From contig OZ024744.1 of NCBI GenBank assembly GCA_964016885.1, positions 134,106,001-134,170,000 on the forward strand: DNA of 64,000 nucleotides. Reading direction: 5' to 3'. This DNA is from Eledone cirrhosa. Lineage: Eukaryota. Positions 1 through 11,080 of this stretch are shown in pieces (position 1 is the stretch's first letter; each line of letters starts with the position of its first letter). The notes under the pieces are model-generated. The model made no database searches. It was not told where the DNA came from and saw nothing but the letters and a program-made list of their open reading frames with translations. The position numbers and the translations under genes were made by a program.

Positions 1-3000
1 GGTTACGTTAAGTTGGGGATAAGTTAAGTTGGGGATAATTTAAGTTGGGGTTAAGTTAAGTTGGGTTTAAGTTAAGTTGGGGTTAAGTTAAGTTGGGGAT
101 AAGTTAAGTTGGGGTTAAGTTAAGTTGGGGTTAAGTTAAGTTGGGGTTAAGTTAAGTTGGGGCTAAGTTAAGTTGGGGCTGAGTTAAGTTGGGGTCAAGT
201 TAAGTTGGGGTTAAGTTAAGTTGGGGTTAATTTAAGTTGGGGTTTATTTAAGTTGGGGTTACGTTAAGTTGGTGTTAAGTTAAGTTGGGGTTAATTTAAG
301 TTGGGGTTAATTAAGTTGGGGTTAAGTTAAGTTGGGGTTAAGTTAAGTTGGGGTTAATTTAAGTTGGGGTTGAGTTAAGTTGGGGTTAAGTTAAGTTGAG
401 GTTAAGTTAAGTTGGGGTTAAATTAAGTTGGGGTTCAGTTAAGTTGGGTATAAGTTAAGTTGGGGTTAAGTTAAGTTGGGGTTAAGTTAAGTTGGGGTTA
501 AGTTAAGTTGGGGTTAAGTTAAGTTGGGGTTAATTTAAGTTGGGTTTTATTTACGTTGGGGTTACGTTAAGTTGGTGTTAAGTTAAGTTGGGGTTAATTT
601 AAGTTGGGGTTAATTAAGTTGGGGTTAAGTTAAGTTGGGGTTAAGTTAAGTTGGGGTTAATTTAAGTTGGGGTTGAGTTAAGTTGGGGTTAAGTTAAGTT
701 GGGGTTATATTAAGTTGGGGTTAAGTTAAGTTGGGGTTCAGTTAAGTTGGGTATAAGTTAAGTTGGGGTTAAGTTAAGTTGGGGTTAAGTTAAGTTGGGG
801 TTAAGTTAAGTTGGTGTTAAGTTAAGTTGTGGCTAAGTTAAGTTGGGGCTGAGTTAAGTTGGGGCTGAGTTAAGTTGGGGTTAAGTTAAGTTGGGGTCAA
901 GTTAAGTTGGGGTTAAGTTGGGGTTAAGTTAAGTTAGGTTTAAGTTAAGATGGGGTTAAGTTAAGTTGGGGTTAAGTTAAGTTGGGGTTAAGTTAAGTCG
1001 GGGTTAAGTTAAGTTGGGGTTAAGTTAAGTTGGGGTTAATTTAAGTTGGGGTTAAGTTAAGTTGGGGTCAAGTTAAGTTGGGGTTAAGTTGGGGTTAAGT
1101 TAATTTGTGGTTAAGTTAAGTTGGGGTTAAGTTGGGGTTAAGTTAAGTTAGGTTTAAGTTAAGTTGGGGTTAAGTTAAGTTGGGGTTAAGTTAATTTGTG
1201 GTTAAGTTAAGTTGGGGTTAAGTTGGGGTTAAGTTAAGTTAGGTTTAAGTTAAGTTGGGGTCAAGTTAAGTTGGGGTTAAGTTAAGTTGGGGTTAAGTTA
1301 AGTTGGGGTTAAGTTAATTTGTGGTTAAGTTAAGTTGGGGTTAAGTTAAGTTGGGGTTAAGTTAAGTTGGGGTTAAGTTAAGTCGGGGTTAAGTTAAGTT
1401 GGGGTTAAGTTAAGTTGGGGTTAATTTAAGTTGGGGTTAAGTTAAGTTGGGGTTAAGTTAAGTTGGGGTTAAATTAAGTTGGGGTTAAGTTAAGTTGGGG
1501 TTAAGTCAAGTTGGGGTTAAGTTAAGTTGGGGATAAGTTAAGTTGGGGATAATTTAAGTTGGGGTTAAGTTAAGTTGGGTTTAAGTTAAGTTGGGGTTAA
1601 GTTAAGTTGGGGTTAAGTTAAGTTGGGGTTAAGTTAAGTTGGGGTTAAGTTAAGTTGGGGTTAAATTAAGTTGGGGTTAAGTTAAGTTGGGGTTAAGTCA
1701 AGTTGGGGTTAAGTTAAGTTGGGGATAAGTTAAGTTGGGGATAATTTAAGTTGGGTTTAAGTTAAGTTGGGGTTAAGTTAAGTTGGGGTTAAGTTAAGTT
1801 GGGGTTAAGTTAAGTTGGGGTTAATTTAAGTTGGGGCTAAGTTAAATTGGGACTGAGTTAAGTTGGGGTTAAGTTAAGTTGGGGTTACGTTAAGTTGGGG
1901 TTAAGTTAAGTTGGAGTTTATTTAAGTTGGGGTTAAGTTAAGTTGGGGTTCAGTTAAGTTGGGGTTAAGTTAAGTTGGGGTTAAGATGGGGTTAAATTAA
2001 GTTGGGGTTAAGTTAAGTTGGGGTTAATTTAAGTTGGGGTTAAGTTAAGTTGGGGTTAAGTTAAGTCGGGGTTAAGTTAAGTCGGGGTTAAGTTAAGTTA
2101 GGGTTCAGTTAAGTTGGGGTTAAGTTAAGTTGGGGTTGAGTTAAGTTGGGGTTGAGTTAAATTGGGGTTGAGTTAAGTTGGGGTTGAGTTAAGTTGGTGT
2201 TGAGTTAAGTTGGGGTTAAGTTAAGTTGGGGTTAAGTTAATTTGTGGTTAAGTTAAGTTGGGGTTAAGTTAAGTTGGGGTTAAGTTAAGTTGGGGTTAAG
2301 TTAAGTCGGGGTTAAGTTAAGTTGGGGTTGAGTTAAGTTGGGGATAATTTAAGTTGGGGTTAAGTTAAGTTGGGGTTAAGTTAAGTTGGGGTTAAGTTAA
2401 GTTGGGGTTAAGTTAAGTTGGGGTTAAGTTAAGTTGAGGTTAAGTTAAGTTGGGGTTAAATTAAGTTGGGGTTAAGTTAAGTTGGAGTTAAGTTAAGTTG
2501 GGGTTAAGTTAAGTTGGGGATAAGTTAAGTTGGGGATAATTTAAGTTGGGGTTAAGTTAAGTTGGGTTTAAGTTAAGTTGGGGTTAAGTTAAGTTGGGGA
2601 TAAGTTAAGTTGGGGTTAAGTTAAGTTGGGGTTAAGTTAAGTTGGGGTTAAGTTAAGTTGGGGCTAAGTTAAGTTGGGGCTGAGTTAAGTTGGGGTTAAG
2701 TTAAGTTGGGGTTAAGTTAAGTTGGGGTTAATTTAAGTTGGGGTTTATTTAAGTTGGGGTTACGTTAAGTTGGTGTTAAGTTAAGTTGGGGTTAATTTAA
2801 GTTGGGGTTAATTAAGTTGGGGTTAAGTTAAGTTGGGGTTAAGTTAAGTTGGGGTTAAGTTAAGTTGGGGTTAAGTTAAGTTGGGGTTAAGTTAAGTTGG
2901 GGTTAAGTTAAGTTGGGGATAAGTTAAGTTGGGGATAATTTAAGTTGGGGTTAAGTTAAGTTGGGGTTAAATTAAGTTGGGGTTAAGTTAAGTTGGGGTT

Positions 3001-6000
3001 AAGTTAAGTTGGGGTTAAGTTAAGTTGGGGATAAGTTAAGTTGGGGATAATTTAAGTTGGGGTTAAGTTAAGTTGGGTTTAAGTTAAGTTGGGGTTAAGT
3101 TAAGTTGGGGATAAGTTAAGTTGGGGTTAAGTTAAGTTGGGGTTAAGTTAAGTTGGGGTTAAGTTAAGTTGGGGCTAAGTTAAGTTGGGGATAAGTTAAG
3201 TTGGGGTTAAGTTAAGTTGAGGTTAAGTTAAGTTGGGGTTAAATTAAGTTGGGGTTAAGTTAAGTTGGGGTTAAGTTAAGTTGGGGTTACGTTAAGTTGG
3301 GGATAAGTTAAGTTGGGGATAATTTAGTTTGGGGTTAAGTTAAGTTGGGTTTAAGTTAAGTTGGGGTTAAATTAAGTTGGGGATAAGTTAAGTTGGGGTT
3401 AAGTTAAGTTGGGGTTAAGTTAAGTTGGGGCTAAGTTAAGTTGGGGCTGAGTTAAGTTGGGGTTAAGTTAAGTTGGGGTTAAGTTAAGTTGGGGTTAATT
3501 TAAGTTGGGGTTTATTTAAGTTGGGGTTACGTTAAGTTGGTGTTAAGTTAAGTTGGGGTTAATTTAAGTTGGGGTTAATTAAGTTGGGGTTAAGTTAAGT
3601 TGGGGTTAAGTTAAGTTGGGGTTAATTTAAGTTGGGGTTGAGTTAAGTTGGGGTTAAGTTAAGTTGGGGTTATATTAAGTTGGGGTTAAGTTAAGTTGGG
3701 GTTCAGTTAAGTTGGGTATAAGTTAAGTTGGGGTTAAGTTAAGTTGGAGTTAAGTTAAGTTGGGGTTAAGTTAAGTTGGGGTTAAGTTAAGTTGGGGTTA
3801 AGTTAAGTTGGTGTTAAGTTAAGTTGGGGCTAAGTTAAGTTGGGGCTGAGTTAAGTTGGGGCTGAGTTAAGTTGGGGTTAAGTTAAGTTGGGGTCAAGTT
3901 AAGTTGGGGTTAAGTTGGGGTTAAGTTAAGTTAGGTTTAAGTTAAGATGGGGTTAAGTTAAGTTGGGGTTAAGTTAAGTTGGGGTTAAGTTAAGTCGGGG
4001 TTAAGTTAAGTTGGGGTTAAGTTAAGTTGGGGTTAATTTAAGTTGGGGTTAAGTTAAGTTGGGGTCAAGTTAAGTTGGGGTTAAGTTGGGGTTAAGTTAA
4101 TTTGTGGTTAAGTTAAGTTGGGGTTAAGTTAAGTTGGGGTTAAGTTAAGTTGGGGTTAAGTTAAGTCGGGGTTAAGTTAAGTTGGGGTTAATTTAAGTTG
4201 GGGTTAATTTAAGTTGGGGTTAAGTTAAATTGGGGTCAAGTTAAGTTGGGGTTAAGTTGGGGTTAAGTTAAGTTAGGTTTAAGTTAAGTTGGGGTTAAGT
4301 TAAGTTGGGGTTAAGTTAAGTTGGGGTTAAGTTAAGTTGGGGTTAAGTTAATTTGTGGTTAAGTTAAGTTGGGGTTAAGTTAAGTTGGGGTTAAGTTAAG
4401 TTGGGGTTAAGTTAAGTCGGGGTTAAGTTAAGTTGGGGTTAGGTTAAGTTGGGGTTAAGTTAAGTTGGGGTTAATTTAAGTTGGGGTTAAGTTAAGTTGG
4501 GGTTAAGTTAAGTTGGGGTTAAATTAAGTTGGGGTTAAGTTAAGTTGGGGTTAAGTCAAGTTGGGGTTAAGTTAAGTTGGGGATAAGTTAAGTTGGGGAT
4601 AATTTAAGTTGGGGTTAAGTTAAGTTGGGTTTAAGTTAAGTTGGGGTTAAGTTAAGTTGGGGTTAAGTTAAGTTGGGGTTAAGTTAAGTTGGGGTTAAGT
4701 TAAGTTGGGGTTAAGTTAAGTTGGGGCTAAGTTAAGTTGGGGCTGAGTTAAGTTGGGGTTAAGTTAAGTTGGGCTTAATTTAAGTCGGGGTTAAGTTAAG
4801 TTAGGGTTCAGTTAAGTTGGGGTTAAGTTAAGTTGGGGTTAAGTTAAGTTGGGGTTAAGTTAAGTCGGGGTTAAGTTAAGTTGGGGTTAAGTTAAGTTGG
4901 GGTTAAGTTAAGTCGGGGTTAAGTTAAGTTGGGGTTAAGTTAAGTTGGGGTTAATTTAAGTTGGGGTTAAGTTAAGTTGGGGTTAAGTTAAGTTTGGGTT
5001 AAGTTAAGATGGGGTTAATTTAAGTTGGGGTTAAGTTAAGTTGAGGTTAAGTTAAGTTGGGGTTAAATTAAGTTGGGGTTAAGTTAAGTTGGGGTTAAGT
5101 CAAGTTGGGGTTAGGTTAAGTTGGGGATAAGTTAAGTTGGGGATAATTTAAGTTGGGTTTAAGTTAAGTTGGGGTTAAGTTAAGTTGGGGTTAAGTTAAG
5201 TTGGGGTTAAGTTAAGTTGGGGTTAAGTTAAGTTGGGTTTAAGTTAAGTTGGGGTTAAGTTAAGTTGGGGATAAGTTAAGTTGGGGTTAAGATGGGGTTA
5301 AATTAAGTTGGGGTTAAGTTAAGTTGGGGTTAATTTAAGTTGGGGTTAAGTTAAGTTGGGGTTAAGTTAAGTCGGGGTTAAGTTAAGTCGGGGTTAAGTT
5401 AAGTTAGGGTTCAGTTAAGTTGGGGATAAGTTAAGTTGGGGTTGAGTTAAGTTGGGGTTGAGTTAAATTGGGGTTGAGTTAAGTTGGGGTTGAGTTAAGT
5501 TGGTGTTGAGTTAAGTTGGGGTTAAGTTAAGTTGGGGTTAAGTTAATTTGTGGTTAAGTTAAGTTGGGGTTAAGTTAAGTTGGGGTTAAGTTAAGTTGGG
5601 GTTAAGTTAAGTTGGGGTTAAGTTAAGTTGGGGTTAAGTTAAGTTGGGGTTAAGTTAAGTTGAGGTTAAGTTAAGTTGGGGTTAAATTAAGTTGGGGTTA
5701 AGTTAAGTTGGGGTTAAGTTAAGTTGGGGTTAAGTTAAGTTGGGGATAAGTTAAGTTGGGGATAATTTAAGTTGGGGTTAAGTTAAGTTGGGTTTAAGTT
5801 AAGTTGGGGTTAAGTTAAGTTGGGGATAAGTTAAGTTGGGGTTAAGTTAAGTTGGGGTTAAGTTAAGTTGGGGTTAAGTTAAGTTGGGGCTAAGTTAAGT
5901 TGGGGCTGAGTTAAGTTGGGGTTAAGTTAAGTTGGGGTTAAGTTAAGTTGGGGTTAATTTAAGTTGGGGTTTATTTAAGTTGGGGTTACGTTAAGTTGGT

Positions 6001-8759
6001 GTTAAGTTAAGTTGGGGTTAATTTAAGTTGGGGTTAATTAAGTTGGGGTTAAGTTAAGTTGGGGTTAAGTTAAGTTGGGGTTAATTTAAGTTGGGGTTGA
6101 GTTAAGTTGGGGTTAATTTAAGTTGGGGTTATTTTAAGTTGGGGTTAATTTAAGTTGGGGTTAATTAAGTTGGGGTTAAGTTAAGTTGGGGTTCAGTTAA
6201 GTTGGGTATAAGTTAAGTTGGGGTTAAGTTAAGTTGGGGTTAAGTTAAGTTGGGGTTAAGTTAAGTTGGTGTTAAGTTAAGTTGGGGCTAAGTTAAGTTG
6301 GGGCTGAGTTAAGTTGGGGCTGAGTTAAGTTGGGGTTAAGTTAAGTTGGGGTCAAGTTAACTTGGGGTTAAGTTGGGGTTAAGTTAATTTAGGTTTAAGT
6401 TAAGATGGGGTTAAGTTAAGTTGGGGTTAAGTTAAGTTGGGGTTAAGTTAATTTGTGGTTAAGTTAAATTGGGGTTAAGTTAAGTTGGGGTTAAGTTAAG
6501 TTGGGGTTAAGTTAAGTCGGGGTTAAGTTAAGTTGGGGTTAAGTTAAGTTGGGGTTAATTTAAGTTGGGGTTAAGTTAAGTTGGGGTCAAGTTAAGTTGG
6601 GGTTAAGTTGGGGTTAAGTTAAGTTGGGGTTAAGTTAAGTTGGGGTTAAGTTAAGTTGGGGTTAAGTTAAGTTGGGGTTAAGTTAAGTTGGGGTTAAGTT
6701 AAGTTGGGGTTAAGTTAATTCGTGGTTAAGTTAAGTTGGGGTTAAGTTAAGTTGGGGTTAAGTTAAGTTGGGGTTAAGTTAAGTCGGGGTTAAGTTAAGT
6801 TGGGGTTAAGTTAAGTTGGGGTTAAGTTAAGTTGGGCTTAATTTAAGTCGGGGTTAAGTTAAGTTAGGGTTCAGTTAAGTTGGGGTTAAGTTAAGTTGGG
6901 GTTAAGTTAAGTTGGGGTTAAGTTAAGTCGGGGTTAAGTTAAGTTGGGGTTAAGTTAAGTTGGGGTTAAGTTAAGTCGGGGTTAAGTTAAGTTGGGGTTA
7001 AGTTAAGTTGGGGTTAATTTAAGTTGGGGTTAAGTTAAGTTGGGGTTAAGTTAAGTTGGGGTTAAGTTAAGATGGGGTTAATTTAAGTTGGGGTTAAGTA
7101 AAGTTGAGGTTAAGTTAAGTTGGGGTTAAATTAAGTTGGGGTTAAGTTAAGTTGGGGTTAAGTCAAGTTTGGGTTAAGTTAAGTTGGGGATAAGTTAAGT
7201 TGGGGATAATTTAAGTTGGGTTTAAGTTAAGTTGGGGTTAAGTTAAGTTGGGGTTAAGTTAAGTTGGGGATAAGTTAAGTTGGGACTGAGTTAAGTTGGG
7301 GTTAAGTTAAGTTAGGGTTAAGTTAAGTTGGGGTTAAGTTAAGTTGGAGTTTATTTAAGTTGGGGTTAAGTTAAGTTGGGGTTCAGTTAAGTTGGGGTTA
7401 AGTTAAGTTGGGGTTAAGATGGGGTTAAATTAAGTTGGGGTTAAGTTAAGTTGGCGTTAAGTTAAGTTGGGGTTAAGTTAAGTTGGGGTTAAGTTAAGTC
7501 GGGGTTAAGTTAAGTCGGGGTTGAGTTAAGTTGGGGTTGAGTTAAATTGGGGTTGAGTTAAGTTGGGGTTGAGTTAAGTTGGTGTTGAGTTAAGTTGGTG
7601 TTGAGTTAAGTTGGGGTTAAGTTAAGTTGAGGTTAAGTTAAGTTGGGGTTAAATTAAGTTGGGGTTAAGTTAAGTTGGGGTTAAGTTAAGTTGGGGTTAA
7701 GTTAAGTTGGGGATAAGTTAAGTTGGGGATAATTTAAGTTGGGGTTAAGTTAAGTTGGGTTTAAGTTAAGTTGGGGTTAAGTTAAGTTGGGGATAAGTTA
7801 AGTTGGGGTTGAGTTAAGTTGGGGTTGAGTTAAATTGGGGTTGAGTTAAGTTGGGGTTGAGTTAAGTTGGTGTTGAGTTAAGTTGGGGTTAAGTTAAGTT
7901 GGGGTTAAGTTAATTTGTGGTTAAGTTAAGTTGGGGTTAAGTTAAGTTGGGGTTAAGTTAAGTTGGGGTTAACTTAAGTCGGGGTTAAGTTAAGTTGGGG
8001 TTGAGTTAAGTTGGGGTTAAGTTAAGTTGGGGTTAAGTTAAGTTGGGGTTAAGTTAAGTTGGGGTTAAGTTAAGTTGGGGTTAAGTTAAGTTGAGGTTAA
8101 GTTAAGTTGGGGTTAAATTAAGTTGGGGTTAAGTTAAGTTGGGGTTAAGTTAAGTTGGGGTTAAGTTAAGTTGGGGATAAGTTAAGTTGGGGATAATTTA
8201 AGTTGGGGTTAAGTTAAGTTGGGTTTAAGTTAAGTTGGGGTTAAGTTAAGTTGGGGATAAGTTAAGTTGGGGTTAAGTTAAGTTGGGGTTAAGTTAAGTT
8301 GGGGTTAAGTTAAGTTGGGGCTAAGTTAAGTTGGGGCTGAGTTAAGTTGGGGTTAAGTTAAGTTGGGGTTAAGTTAAGTTGGGGTTAATTTAAGTTGGGG
8401 TTTATTTAAGTTGGGGTTACGTTAAGTTGGTGTTAAGTTAAGTTGGGGTTAAGTTAAGTTGGGGTTAAGTTAAGTTGGGGTTAAGTTAAGTCGGGGTTAA
8501 GTTAAGTTGGGGTTGAGTTAAGTTGGGGTTAATTTAAGTTGGGGTTAAGTTAAGTTGGGTTTAAGTTAAGTTGGGGTTAAGTTAAGTTGGGGATAAGTTA
8601 AGTTGGGGTTAAGTTAAGTTGGGGTTAAGTTAAGTTGGGGTTAAGTTAAGTTGGGGCTAAGTTAAGTTGGAGCTGAGTTAAGTTGGGGTTAAGTTAAGTT
8701 GGGGTTAAGTTAAGTTGGGGTTAATTTAAGTTGGGGTTTATTTAAGTTGGGGTTACGTT

Positions 8760-10095
8760 AAGTTGGTGTTAAGTTAAGTTGGGGTTAATTTAAGTTGGGG
8801 TTAATTAAGTTGGGGTTAAGTTAAGTTGGGGTTAAGTTAAGTTGGGGTTAAGTTAAGTTGGTGTTAAGTTAAGTTGGGGCTAAGTTAAGTTGGGGCTGAG
8901 TTAAGTTGGGGCTGAGTTAAGTTGGGGTTAAGTTAAGTTGGGGTCAAGTTAAGTTGGGGTTAAGTTGGGGTTAAGTTAAGTTAGGTTTAAGTTAAGATGG
9001 GGTTAAGTTAAGTTGGGGTTAAGTTAAGTTGGGGTTAAGTTAAGTTGGGGTTGAGTTAATTTGTGGTTAAGTTAAGTTGGGGTTAATTTAAGTTGGGGTT
9101 AAGTTAAGTTGGGGTTAAGTTAAGTCGGGGTTAAGTTAAGTTGGGGTTAAGTTAAGTTGGGGTTAAGTTAAGTTGGCGTTAAGTTAAGTTGGGGTCAAGT
9201 TAAGTTGGGGTTAAGTTGGGGTTAATTTAAGTTAGGTTTAAGTTAAGTTGGGGTTAAGTTAAGTTGGGGTTAAGTTAAGTTGGGGTTAAGTTAAGTTGGG
9301 GTTAAGTTAAGTTGGGGTTAAGTTAATTTGTGGTTAAGTTAAGTTGGGGTTAAGTTAAGTTGGGGTTAAGTTAAGTTGGGGTTAAGTTAAGTCGGAGTTA
9401 ATTTAAGTTGGGGTTAAGTTAAGTTGGTGTTAAGTTAAGTTGGGGTTAATTTAAGTTGGGGTTAATTAAGTTGGGGTTAAGTTAAGTTGGGGTTAAGTTA
9501 AGTTGGGGTTAAGTTAAGTTGGTGTTAAGTTAAGTTGGGGCTAAGTTAAGTTGGGGCTGAGTTAAGTTGGGGCTGAGTTAAGTTGGGGTTAAGTTAAGTT
9601 GGGGTCAAGTTAAGTTGGGGTTAAGTTGGGGTTAAGTTAAGTTAGGTTTAAGTTAAGATGGGGTTAAGTTAAGTTGGGGTTAAGTTAAGTTGGGGTTAAG
9701 TTAAGTTGGGGTTAAGTTAAGTTGGGGTTGAGTTAATTTGTGGTTAAGTTAAGTTGGGGTTAATTTAAGTTGGGGTTAAGTTAAGTTGGGGTTAAGTTAA
9801 GTCGGGGTTAAGTTAAGTTGGGGTTAAGTTAAGTTGGGGTTAAGTTAAGTTGGGGTTAAGTTAAGTTGGGGTCAAGTTAAGTTGGGGTTAAGTTGGGGTT
9901 AAGTTAAGTTAGGTTTAAGTTAAGTTGGGGTTAAGTTAAGTTGGGGTTAAGTTAAGTTGGGGTTAAGTTAAGTTGGGGTTAAGTTAAGTTGGGGTTAAGT
10001 TAATTTGTGGTTAAGTTAAGTTGGGGTTAAGTTAAGTTGGGGTTAAGTTAAGTTGGGGTTAAGTTAAGTCGGAGTTAATTTAAGTTGGGGTTAAG
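8760..10095 (+). repeat. Tandem duplication of about 0.66-0.68 kb within the array
   Basis: Rare markers TTGAGTTAATTTGTGG (~9051, ~9728) and TCGGAGTTAAT (~9392, ~10069) recur at offset 677. Upstream markers recur at offset 661, a difference of one monomer. Confidence 0.75.
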
Positions 10096-10905
10096 TTAAG
10101 TTGGGCTTAATTTAAGTTGGGGTTAAGTTAAGTTGGGGTTAAGTTAAGTTGGGGTTAAATTAAGTTGGGGTTAAGTTAAGTTGGGGTTAAGTCAAGTTGG
10201 GGTTAAGTTAAGTTGGGGATAAGTTAAGTTGGGGATAATTTAAGTTGGGGTTAAGTTAAGTTGGGTTTAAGTTAAGTTGGGGTTAAGTTAAGTTGGGGTT
10301 AAGTTAAGTTGGGGTTAAGTTAAGTTGGGGTTAAGTTAAGTTGGGGTTAAGTTAAGTTGGGGCTAAGTTAAGTTGGGGCTGAGTTAAGTTGGGGTTAAGT
10401 TAAGTTGGGCTTAATTTAAGTCGGGGTTAAGTTAAGTTAGGGTTCAGTTAAGTTGGGGTTAAGTTAAGTTGGGGTTGAGTTAAGTTGGGGTGAGTTAAAT
10501 TGGGGTTGAGTTAAGTTGGGGTTGAGTTAAGTTGGTGTTGAGTTAAGTTGGGGTTAAGTTAAGTTGGGGTTAAGTTAAGTTGCAGTTAAGTTAAGTTGAG
10601 GTTAAGTTAAGGTGCGGTTAAGTTAAGTTGGGGTTAAGTTAAGTTGGGGCTAAGTTAAGTTGGGGCTAAGTTAAGTTGGGGCTAAGTTAAGTTGGGGTTA
10701 AGTTAAGTTGGGGTTAAGTTAAGTCGGGGTTAAGTTAAGTTGGGGTTAAGTTAAGTTGGGGTTAATTTAAGTTGGGGTTAAGTTAAGTTGGGGTTAAGTT
10801 AAGTTGGGGTTAAGTTAAGTTGGGGTTAAGTTAAGTTGGGTTTAAGTTAAGTTGGGGTTAAGTTAAGTTGGGGTTAAGTTAAGTTGGGGTTAAGTTAAGT
10901 TGGGG

Positions 10906-11080
10906 TTAACGCCAACTTAACTTAACCCCAACTTCACTCAACCCCAACGTAACTCAACCACAACTTAACTTAACCCCAACTTCACTCAACCCCAACTTAA
11001 CTTAACCCCAACTTCACTCAACCCCAACTTCCAACTTGACTTAATCCCAACTTAACTTAGCCCCAACTTAACTTAAGCCC
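10906..11080 (-). repeat. Inverted block of the same satellite, copy 1 (about 11 monomers reading AACTTAACTTAACCCC on +)
   Basis: The sequence switches at ...GGGG-TTAA-CGCCAACTTAACTTAACCCC (TTAA at 10906-10909 is readable in both orientations). It returns to the forward orientation after ...AACTTAAGCCC|TAAGTCGGGG at 11080/11081. Confidence 0.97.
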
